Source of the DNA: Gemmatimonadales bacterium
GTDB lineage: Bacteria; Gemmatimonadota; Gemmatimonadetes; Palauibacterales; KS3-K002
Assembly (NCBI GenBank): GCA_050053635.1
Contig: JASFTI010000002.1
Span: forward strand, 1 to 40,261
DNA length: 40,261 nt
Direction: 5' to 3'
The notes under the pieces are model-generated. The model searched no databases, was not told the origin of the DNA, and worked only from the letters and a program-made list of their open reading frames with translations. A program made the position numbers and the translations under genes. Each line of letters opens with the position of its first letter. Position 1 is the first letter of the stretch. Shown here piece by piece: positions 17,788-25,183 of the stretch.

Positions 17788-19010
17788 TGCCCATCGCCCT
17801 CCCGGTCTTCTTCCGCGCGGTCCCCGCCGCTGGCTACGCCGAGGCGTTCCGACGCATCCTGCCCCGAGGCAAGGTCTGGTCGGGTCCGGGGCTCGACGAG
17901 ACGACCGACGCACTCGCCGAGGAGTGGGCTCGCGCACATGGACGGCTGCTCGACGTGCTCGAGGAGGCCGATCCGCGGACGGCTGACGAGCTGATCGAGG
18001 GCTGGGAGCGGATCCTCGGGGTGACCGAGCCCGCCGCCACGCTCGCTGAGCGGCAGGCCGAGTGCCATGCGCGCCTGGTCGCTCAGGCTGGCACGCAGTG
18101 CCAGATCCTCGTCGCGGCTGCGGCGGCTCTCGGGTACACGACCGAGGACGCGGATTGGGCCGAGGAGTTCGGAGCGGAGCATGTCTGGAATGGCCAGCTC
18201 CTGGACGCGCTCGGGGGTCCAGTCGTGACAGACCGGGTCGGCTCGGTTGACTGGACTCTGGCGGGAGCAGACGTCGTCCGAGACCCGGACGATTGGCGTA
18301 GGCAGCTCACGTGGTTCGATGGGTTGGCTGATTCGGCCTCGGCTCCCTATGTGCTGCCCAGCGGTGACTGGACGATTGCGCTCTGGGTTCACAATGATCT
18401 CGGGTCGGGGAACGGCTATTACCTCGAGTTCTGGCTCAACACCTCAAATCGACTAGTAATCCACCGATTCGGTGGAGTGCTCACAGCGACTCAGGTCGTG
18501 GGCGGCGTAATCGAGGTCAACCTCATCGGCGCACCGCTGGCTGACGACATGTGGCAGCTTGTCGTCCTCAGACATGAGACGGCGCTCAAGCGCCTGACCC
18601 TCTACCAAGACGGCGGGCAGACCGCGCAGGGAGTCTACATCACGTTGCTGCCGACAACGACGCAGCTCACCGTTGGGCGCTACACAGCCGGCGGCGGGTT
18701 ATTTCACGGCGGCCATCTCGGTCAGGTCGGGATCTTCGCTGGGGACCTCACCGCGCGCATGTCGGCCTGGATCGCCGAGCGCTACGGCGCGCTGGAGATC
18801 CAAGTCCCCGTGCTCCTGCGGGCAGACGAGGGGGCGGCCGACGAGCGGGTCTACGACGACACGTTCACGCGCACGTGGTACGTCTGGCAGGCGTTCGCGC
18901 CCGCGAGTTGGGTAGAGATCCTGGCCCTCTACGAGCGGATCAAGCAGGTGGATTCGACGATCCACGCGATCTCAGGCCGTCGCGCCAACGAGGTAGACCT
19001 ACCGACTTAG
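17787..19010 (+). CDS. Baseplate wedge protein (Mu gp48 / DUF2313-like) fused to a C-terminal LamG/concanavalin-like domain
   Basis: The N-terminal 180 aa or so carries ILPRGKVW...EADPRTADELIEGWERILGV (DUF2313 signature). The C-terminal 200 aa or so reads SGDWTIALWVH...MWQLVVLRHE...LTLYQDGG...LTVGRY...GHLGQVGIFAG (Laminin_G_3-like pattern). Confidence 0.75.
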   Translation: MPIALPVFFRAVPAAGYAEAFRRILPRGKVWSGPGLDETTDALAEEWARAHGRLLDVLEEADPRTADELIEGWERILGVTEPAATLAERQAECHARLVAQAGTQCQILVAAAAALGYTTEDADWAEEFGAEHVWNGQLLDALGGPVVTDRVGSVDWTLAGADVVRDPDDWRRQLTWFDGLADSASAPYVLPSGDWTIALWVHNDLGSGNGYYLEFWLNTSNRLVIHRFGGVLTATQVVGGVIEVNLIGAPLADDMWQLVVLRHETALKRLTLYQDGGQTAQGVYITLLPTTTQLTVGRYTAGGGLFHGGHLGQVGIFAGDLTARMSAWIAERYGALEIQVPVLLRADEGAADERVYDDTFTRTWYVWQAFAPASWVEILALYERIKQVDSTIHAISGRRANEVDLPT

Positions 19011-19019
19011 GAGGCTCCA

Positions 19020-20414
19020 GTGTACCGGATCGACACAGCAGACAACGTGGCGGTGATGCCGGTCCCGGATCCCATCGGACCGGCTCCGGGGTACTACCGG
19101 AAGGCCACGGACGCCGTCCGCGGGACGGTGGTCAGCTCCGACTGGCTCAACGCCGTCCAGGAGGAGATCGTCTCGGTGATCTTGGCCGCGGCGATCGGCC
19201 TCGACAAGACCGATCAGAGCCAGCTCTATCAGGCAATCGCGGCTCACATCCTCGCAACGCCAGCTATCGCGGGACTGATCAGCCACGCGACAGACACTGG
19301 AGCGGTAACGACCACGCATCGGCGTGCAGTCGCGGCGAGCTGGAACTCGCAGGCGTCCGGTGCGGATTCCTTCGTCGGCGGCTCGATCTCGTGTCAGGCG
19401 ACGGGCGACGTCAGTGGCGCTCTCGGAGCAAGCAACATCCCGATCGCAGGCGACAAGTCCGTGGCGCTCGGGACCGAGGGAGGGCAGATCGACGCGACGG
19501 CTCAACTTGCGGCGCTGCTCGCGTCCAACGCCGGACAGATCGCCGGTCAGCGCGCACTGCTCGCGGCGGTCTCGACGAGCGCGCCGATTCACGCGGACGC
19601 CCGGGACGTCGCCGGGATCGCGTCCGCGAGTCTGCAGCTAGGTCAGCACGCGCAGCAGGCGACGCTGTTGGCGACGGACGGTTGTCGGCTCGGTCTCAAC
19701 GCCGCGAGCGATCGGGCGGCGGCCATCGCCAGCTATCGCGCGGATGTCGACGCCGCCAACGCGCTCGTCGCTGCCTGTTTCGGGGTGGCCTTCGGCGACG
19801 TCGACAATGAGGGTCCTGGCTGCGCGATCCTTGCCTCTGGGGGGACGGCGGCTGATCCGACTCGGATCGAGTCCACCGGACTCTACTCGCTGATCGCAGC
19901 CTGTCAGGACTGCGAAATCGACGACTGCGACCGCGGGGCGATCATCGCCTCGCAATCGGTCGAGCTCGACACCACGGGCGGGAGTTGCGTGGCCCTCGCG
20001 TGCCAGGAGGGCACGATCTCGGGGGCGGCCACGCAGTCAGCTCTGATCTCGTGCGGGTCCGACGGGGCCAACGCGCCGGACATGCAGGGCAACGGCTCGT
20101 CGGCGGTCGCCGTGCGCGGGCAGGTCGCGATCCAGAGCAACGACACCGTGGTCCTGGCCTCGCTCTTCGACGGAGCGGGCGTCATCGTCAACGAGGCGAA
20201 CGCGGTCGTGGGCGGCAAGGATGCTGATCTCTACTGGAAGATCGAGTCCGAGACCGGAGACGTCTTCTTCGGCTCCCACCTCTACGCCGGATGGACAGCG
20301 AGCGGCGGCCCGAATCCGCCGGCCGTCGTCGGGGCCAAGGGCGGCAACGTAGCGCTTGCCAACCTGCTCACGACACTCGATACGATGGGGTTGATCGACG
20401 ATCAGACCACCTAG
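19020..20414 (+). CDS. Tail fiber protein
   Basis: SD AGGAGG plus GTG start. N-terminus ...GTVVSSDWLNAVQEEIVSVILAAAIGLDKTDQSQLYQAI is the widespread tail-fiber N-terminal module. Followed by Ala/Gly-rich repeats. Confidence 0.7.
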   Translation: MYRIDTADNVAVMPVPDPIGPAPGYYRKATDAVRGTVVSSDWLNAVQEEIVSVILAAAIGLDKTDQSQLYQAIAAHILATPAIAGLISHATDTGAVTTTHRRAVAASWNSQASGADSFVGGSISCQATGDVSGALGASNIPIAGDKSVALGTEGGQIDATAQLAALLASNAGQIAGQRALLAAVSTSAPIHADARDVAGIASASLQLGQHAQQATLLATDGCRLGLNAASDRAAAIASYRADVDAANALVAACFGVAFGDVDNEGPGCAILASGGTAADPTRIESTGLYSLIAACQDCEIDDCDRGAIIASQSVELDTTGGSCVALACQEGTISGAATQSALISCGSDGANAPDMQGNGSSAVAVRGQVAIQSNDTVVLASLFDGAGVIVNEANAVVGGKDADLYWKIESETGDVFFGSHLYAGWTASGGPNPPAVVGAKGGNVALANLLTTLDTMGLIDDQTT

Positions 20415-21007
20415 CGCCGCCAGAGGCGTTGCATCGCGGTCCGGATGTTGTCCTGCCATTCCGTGGCGACAACTCGTCGGAGCGTCTCCTCGAGCGGCCA
20501 GGCGGGCCGGACCCGGACCGAGCGCGCGAGGTAGTACATCACGACGTTGGCGCGCTTGCGGCCTCGGCCCCGACGCTCGAGGACGAGCTCGCCGATCTGG
20601 AAGGCGCGTTTCCGGAGCAGGGCGCCCGGGAACTTCGCCGGCGTGATCCGTGACTTCGGGCGCGGGCGGGCCCGGAAGGGGACCCCGACGCGCTCTCCGC
20701 TGGCCGATCGTCGCTGGCCTCCGACGGTCTGGATCTCCATGTAGTCACGGACGGAACCGACGATTGCGGTTGGTTCAGTCGTCGTGGCCTTCGTGACTCG
20801 CGTTCCTCGCTCGGTCCACGTGTTGCGGATCGTGAAGTGCTGCGGGAGCTCGTCGATCAAGCGTTCGCGCACATCGAAGATCGTCGCGTTGAGCGCTGCT
20901 GCCATGACTCGAGCCTCACGCTGGCGCAGATCGCGCCGGAGGTCGCGCTCGAGTTGGCGCAGCGTGTTGGTTACGTAAACTGCCACGTGCTCAGGATAGC
21001 ACGCCAA
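20411..21007 (-). CDS. Hypothetical protein on the opposite strand (possible virion-morphogenesis/connector-like protein)
   Basis: 198-aa ORF with a TTG start. An alternative ATG at 20905 has a GAGG upstream. The motif FTIRNTWTERGTRVTKAT...AIVGSVRDYMEIQTVGG recalls HK97 gp10-type or morphogenesis proteins. Its stop codon overlaps the fiber gene stop in CTAG. Confidence 0.3.
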   Translation of the reverse strand: MACYPEHVAVYVTNTLRQLERDLRRDLRQREARVMAAALNATIFDVRERLIDELPQHFTIRNTWTERGTRVTKATTTEPTAIVGSVRDYMEIQTVGGQRRSASGERVGVPFRARPRPKSRITPAKFPGALLRKRAFQIGELVLERRGRGRKRANVVMYYLARSVRVRPAWPLEETLRRVVATEWQDNIRTAMQRLWRR

Positions 21008-21024
21008 GCGCGTGCAGCAAGGTC

Positions 21025-21054
21025 TTGACCCGTGCGCCCGGCACCACCTAAACT
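21025..21054 (+). promoter_or_regulatory. Promoter-like element TTGACC-18 nt-TAAACT, 6 nt upstream of the endolysin GTG
   Basis: TTGACC at 21025-21030, TAAACT at 21049-21054, GTG at 21061. No SD in between. Confidence 0.5.
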
Positions 21055-21060
21055 GCGGAC

Positions 21061-21933
21061 GTGAGGCGAGGATCCCGAGGCCCCGATGTGGTGCGGCTCC
21101 AGCGCTCGCTGCTTGCGGCGGACTCGGGCAGCCTGCCGCGCTGGGGCGCAGACGGCATCTATGGCGCCGAGACCACCGCAGCCGTCAGCGCCTGGATCGA
21201 GCACCATCCGAGCTGGCACGGGGCGGCGCTCGATGAGCTCCGCCCCCGTCTGGTCCGGGCCATCCTGGGGATCGTCGAGGGATGCGACATCTCGGGCTAC
21301 CAGGTCGCTGCCGGGCTCGACTGGGCCGCGGCGCGAGAGGCTGGGCTGGGATTTGCCTTCGTCAAGATCTCCGAGGGCCGGCGAGCGACGCAGAGCGCGG
21401 TGCATCACGTCGTGCGCGCTCGGGCCGCAGCGCCGGAGATCTGCCTGGGCGGCTACGCGTACGGCCGCGTCGGCTCGCCGCCCCGAGCTCAGGCCGTTGT
21501 GGCGGCGGATGCGGCTCTCGAGCTCGAGCTGCCCGTGCTGGCGCTCGACCTCGAGGATTGGGCGCAGGGGGTCTCGGCACGGCAGACGATTGCGTGGGCT
21601 CTTGCGTGGGCGGCCGTGGTCGAGGCGAGGATGGGGCGGCCTCCCGTCCTCTACGTGCAGCCGAGCTACCACCGCTACCGGCTAGCAGGTGGCGCCGACC
21701 TCGCCCGTCTGCCTCTCTGGCACGCCGGCGGGTGGCGGGGGGAGGGACTCCCCAGCGCGCTCGATGTGCCGACGCGGCTCACCCCGCCCTGGCCGCGGGT
21801 CTCGGTCTGGCAGGTCATGGGCAACCGCGGCCGGGTTCCGTGGTACCGAGGTGGGCGCGGGGCGATCGACCGCGACGTCTACCTCGGCACCGAGGCCGAG
21901 CTGCGCGCGTTCTGGCGTGCGGAGGACCACTAG
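21061..21933 (+). CDS. Endolysin: peptidoglycan-binding domain plus GH25 muramidase
   Basis: N-terminal PG_binding_1-like segment (GPDVVRLQRSL...DGIYGAETTAAVSAW). GH25 signature (GCDISGYQVAAGLDWAAAREAGLGFAFVKISEG; LDLEDW). Confidence 0.85.
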   Translation: MRRGSRGPDVVRLQRSLLAADSGSLPRWGADGIYGAETTAAVSAWIEHHPSWHGAALDELRPRLVRAILGIVEGCDISGYQVAAGLDWAAAREAGLGFAFVKISEGRRATQSAVHHVVRARAAAPEICLGGYAYGRVGSPPRAQAVVAADAALELELPVLALDLEDWAQGVSARQTIAWALAWAAVVEARMGRPPVLYVQPSYHRYRLAGGADLARLPLWHAGGWRGEGLPSALDVPTRLTPPWPRVSVWQVMGNRGRVPWYRGGRGAIDRDVYLGTEAELRAFWRAEDH

Positions 21934-22121
21934 TGGAGCTCGAGATAGTCGGCAGCGCGACCGCGATCGTTCTCTCGGTGCTCGGGAGTCACTGGCGGAC
22001 GATGGGCGCCATCCGAGCGCTGGTCGAGCGAATCGACCGCGCCGCACCTGAGGAGACGAGGGACCGAGTGACCCGGCTTGAGGTACGGGTCGACCAGGTC
22101 GAGAGGAGGTGCGATGGCTAA
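21933..22121 (+). CDS. Small membrane-anchored protein (holin- or spanin-like candidate)
   Basis: 62 aa. The GTG start overlaps the endolysin TAG stop. Hydrophobic N-terminus (IVGSATAIVLSVLGSHW) followed by a charged helix. Confidence 0.35.
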   Translation: MELEIVGSATAIVLSVLGSHWRTMGAIRALVERIDRAAPEETRDRVTRLEVRVDQVERRCDG

Positions 22122-23139
22122 CTGGACGCACAAGCGGACGCTGGGCCAGGGGCCCGCGCTCGAGGGCGTCGTCGATGCGGCGCCGAACATCGCGCCTGGG
22201 CTCGCGGCTCCCATCGGTTCGCTGGCGAGCCTCGGCTCCACGAGCTGGGCGAAGGTCGGCTCCGGGGACACGGACTGGGTCGTGACCAGTCAGGTCTACG
22301 CGCCCCGCTCGCGCTGGGTATCGCCCTTGCCCGGGGCTGAAAACGCCGATGGAACCCCCGGGAACCCCTACAACCCGAACTCGGCGGCGGCAGCCCGGGT
22401 GGCGCTCGAGATCCTTGCCGATGAGGGCGAGATCCAGCAGGCGATCAACGCAATCGGCGAGCCGACGACTGCGGCCGAGGAGGGAATCCCGGCGACGGTG
22501 CACCTCCTCGGGGGCGAGCACCCCGAGCAGGCCATCCGCCCGCTCGCGCGCGGTCGGACCCGACTCGAGGCACACGGGCTCGTCCGGGTCGGCTCCCACC
22601 TCACCTATGGGTCACGGCTCGAGTACGCGCCAGCCGGCGCGCAACTCGGCTCGTCGATCGTGCGTGGTATCGACATCGTCTCCCGTGGGGCCGGCGTAGC
22701 GGGTGTGTTGCTCTTCGGCGACATCGAGATCGACGATGGGGGCGCGGGCATCGGGCACGCGATCGCCGTCCAGGGTCTGACCGTGCGGGACTGGTCGAGC
22801 ACCGTCGGTCATACGGGCACGATCCAGCTACACGCCGATGGGCTCACCGTCTCGGGAGCTCTCAATCTGCCCACCGCCTGGGTCCTGCTCGGCGAGCGGA
22901 TCTTGTGCACCGGGGCCTGGACGGTCGACCGCATGCGCTGCGTCGCACGCAGCGGGCGCTGGCAAGATGCGCTCACGGTCACGACCGCGCCCAGCTACGC
23001 GCACCAGGGCTACTACGGGTGCGAAATCGCCGGTCTCTTCACCGGCCCCGCGGGATCGGCGCGATACGACAAGGTCACGCAGAACCTCAGCCTGGGCGGC
23101 TTCGCCGGAGGCGCGGGGCCGGGCGATTTCTTGGAGTAG
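22114..23139 (+). CDS. Fiber/receptor-binding-like protein, paralog A (shared N-terminal module plus beta-helix-like C-terminus)
   Basis: SD GAGGAGG 5 nt before the ATG. N-terminus WTHKRTLGQGPALEGVVDAAP...GLAAPIGSL...GSGDTDWV is shared with 23544-24251. The C-terminus has repetitive G/V/I-rich strands. Confidence 0.5.
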   Translation: MANWTHKRTLGQGPALEGVVDAAPNIAPGLAAPIGSLASLGSTSWAKVGSGDTDWVVTSQVYAPRSRWVSPLPGAENADGTPGNPYNPNSAAAARVALEILADEGEIQQAINAIGEPTTAAEEGIPATVHLLGGEHPEQAIRPLARGRTRLEAHGLVRVGSHLTYGSRLEYAPAGAQLGSSIVRGIDIVSRGAGVAGVLLFGDIEIDDGGAGIGHAIAVQGLTVRDWSSTVGHTGTIQLHADGLTVSGALNLPTAWVLLGERILCTGAWTVDRMRCVARSGRWQDALTVTTAPSYAHQGYYGCEIAGLFTGPAGSARYDKVTQNLSLGGFAGGAGPGDFLE

Positions 23140-23149
23140 GAGAAAGGAA

Positions 23150-23539
23150 ATGAAATCACGGGTTTTCGTCGCGGCCGTCGGCGCATTCGTCGGCGCGCTG
23201 GTCGCGCTCATCGGCTACCTCACCGGGTGGCCCGCCGAGGTCTACCCGCTCGCGATGGGCGTGGTCGGGGCGGCGTTGGCCGTCTGGCGCGCCTTCCCGT
23301 CCGATGAGTCCGGGCGGGCTGACTGGAGCGTCCTCGGGGTCCTCGCAGTCGTCGCGCTCCTGGGGCTCCTCTGGCAGGCTGCCCTGGGCTGCTCGACGCT
23401 CACGGTGCGCGCCGAGCGTTCCGTGAGGTGGGAGGTCTCGCGCTCGACCTGCGCGATTGTGGTCGAGGCGGATGGCCGGCGCGTTTTCGAACTCGTCCCG
23501 ACTGGCGCGGTCCAATGCCGTGTCGATGTGAAGGAATGA
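23150..23539 (+). CDS. Integral membrane protein (three hydrophobic segments; lipobox-like ALGC at about residue 83)
   Basis: SD AGGAGAAAGGA. Hydrophobic segments VFVAAVGAFVGALVALIGYL, VYPLAMGVVGAALAVW and WSVLGVLAVVALLGLLW. Confidence 0.5.
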   Translation: MKSRVFVAAVGAFVGALVALIGYLTGWPAEVYPLAMGVVGAALAVWRAFPSDESGRADWSVLGVLAVVALLGLLWQAALGCSTLTVRAERSVRWEVSRSTCAIVVEADGRRVFELVPTGAVQCRVDVKE

Positions 23540-23543
23540 CATC

Positions 23544-24251
23544 ATGGCGATCTGGGTAACGAAGCGGACGCTGGGCCAGGGCCCGGCACTCGAGGGCGCG
23601 GTCGACGCGGATCCGTCAGTGCCGCCCGGCCTGGCCGCACCCCTCTTCTCGTTCGCCCGGCTCAGTGGCGGGCGTGGCGAGTGGATCAAGACGGACACGG
23701 GTGACACGGACTGGACGCGCGTCGATGCGGACTACGCGGTCGATGACGCCGTGGTCTTCGTGCCCGCCTACATGTTCGACGGCTACGACGGCACTTGGAC
23801 GGGCGACTACAGCGGCGCCAACGGCAATCTCATCCTCGGGAGGAGCCCGTCGAGCTCGATCGAGCGGTGCATCTACTACGGCCATCTTGGGTGGAGCCGC
23901 GCCGGCGCCTCTGTCGGGCTCCGCGTCACGGACGGCCAGGTGCACTATGTCATTGCCAGCGCGGCCGCTGACGACGTCTACCTCCAGATCGTGAGGCAGG
24001 CGACGCCACCCACGCACGGCGACTCGATGGCCGCGCCGAGCGTCGTCTCGGTGACTTGGGACTCGGATCACGACTCGGCGGCCAAGCGCGGCGCGATCGG
24101 AAGCCACACAGCCGAATTCGAGATCGATTCGCCCTTCTGGTGCAGCTCCGAAGGCCTCGGCCTCGAGTTCGTCGTCGACGGCGACGGCGTCTCGAGCTCC
24201 GAAGTTGATCTCTACGGAGTCTGGCTCGCCGGCAAGCTGGCGGGGCTCTGA
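23544..24251 (+). CDS. Fiber/receptor-binding-like protein, paralog B (shared N-terminal module, different C-terminus)
   Basis: The N-terminal 57 aa or so is homologous to 22114-23139 (WVTKRTLGQGPALEGAVDADP...GLAAP...DTGDTDWT). The C-terminal domain is unrelated. Confidence 0.5.
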   Translation: MAIWVTKRTLGQGPALEGAVDADPSVPPGLAAPLFSFARLSGGRGEWIKTDTGDTDWTRVDADYAVDDAVVFVPAYMFDGYDGTWTGDYSGANGNLILGRSPSSSIERCIYYGHLGWSRAGASVGLRVTDGQVHYVIASAAADDVYLQIVRQATPPTHGDSMAAPSVVSVTWDSDHDSAAKRGAIGSHTAEFEIDSPFWCSSEGLGLEFVVDGDGVSSSEVDLYGVWLAGKLAGL

Positions 24252-24502
24252 TGCTCGCCGGTTGCGACGTAGAGGATGTGCTCTCGGGCGACCCCGAGGC
24301 CATCGCCGAGCTCGCCGTCACTGCGGCCCGGGCGGTCCTGCCCGAATCGCTGCGGATCGGCGACGTTGACGTGCCGCTCGACGAGCTCGTCGAGTTGGTC
24401 GGGCTGCCCGTCCTCCGCGCGGCGCTTGAGGCTCTCTTCCCCCGGCGTCTCGTACTCGAGGTCGACGAGGGGGTCGTCGTCGAGGGGACGATCACGCCGT
24501 AG
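24251..24502 (+). CDS. Small acidic protein (possible fiber chaperone)
   Basis: 83 aa. TGATG overlap with the upstream gene. Confidence 0.3.
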   Translation: MLAGCDVEDVLSGDPEAIAELAVTAARAVLPESLRIGDVDVPLDELVELVGLPVLRAALEALFPRRLVLEVDEGVVVEGTITP

Positions 24503-24504
24503 TC

Positions 24505-25110
24505 ATGGATCTCCTCCGCCTGCTCTGGCTGGTACTCGAGCTGGCCTGGTCGGACCCGATCGTGGAGAGGGCGCTGACCGAATGCCCGACCAACCGCCGG
24601 CCTGACCGCGCCGTGGTCATCGAGCTCTTCCGACTCGAGATCGAGGCCGGGGTCCCTCGGGCGGTGCGCGGGCTGCTGGTCGCGGCAGCCTGTGCCGAGT
24701 CGGGCTACCGGGCAGCGCCTCGAGGGCACAGTGACGGAGGCAGGGCGCGGGGGATGTTCCAGTTCTGGTCCTGGGCCAGGTCGGCGATTCGCCGTCACGG
24801 CGCGACGACCGAGGACCCCCGCGATGACTGGCGGGCCTCGGCGCGGTTCTGGCTGGAGCACGTTCAACGGATGCTGCCGCGGGTCCGCCGCGACTGCGAG
24901 GGGCGGCGGGGCTATCCGAGTCATGAAATCGCGCGCTGGGCGGCCGCGAACCTGACTGCCGTCAGCGCCCCGCTGCGGGACGCTCGGGGCCGGTTCCGGG
25001 CTCGGTGCGCTCGGGCCCGGCGACATGAGACGCGTCACCTGCGGCTGCTGCGCGCGTGGCGCGGATGGCCGCGCACGCGGGGCACTGCCCGTGCGCCCAC
25101 CGGCCGTTGA
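24505..25110 (+). CDS. Lytic transglycosylase (SLT-like)
   Basis: AACAESGYRAAPRGHSDGGRARGMFQF fits the SLT catalytic E-S...G-(L/M)-(M/F)-Q motif. The Arg-rich 3' end overlaps a convergent ORF, so the true C-terminus is uncertain. Confidence 0.55.
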   Translation: MDLLRLLWLVLELAWSDPIVERALTECPTNRRPDRAVVIELFRLEIEAGVPRAVRGLLVAAACAESGYRAAPRGHSDGGRARGMFQFWSWARSAIRRHGATTEDPRDDWRASARFWLEHVQRMLPRVRRDCEGRRGYPSHEIARWAAANLTAVSAPLRDARGRFRARCARARRHETRHLRLLRAWRGWPRTRGTARAPTGR

Positions 25111-25183
25111 CTTGCGCCAGGCCGACGTAGATCACGGCCGGGTGCGGCGAGTCGAGCTCGCCGTGGCATGTCTCGAGCTTCAT
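24962..25183 (-). CDS. Small Cys/His-containing hypothetical protein, last gene of the leftward operon
   Basis: ATGA overlap with the 481-aa gene. SD AAGGAGGA lies 6 nt upstream. C/H pattern CHGE...HP...HGQCPAC. Confidence 0.35.
   Translation of the reverse strand: MKLETCHGELDSPHPAVIYVGLAQVNGRWAHGQCPACAAIRATRAAAAGDASHVAGPERTEPGTGPERPAAGR

Noticed and set aside
23950-25038. 362-aa minus-strand ORF
   Set aside because: Arg/Ser/Pro-rich. Antisense to the paralog B gene, the 83-aa ORF and the SLT-like gene.
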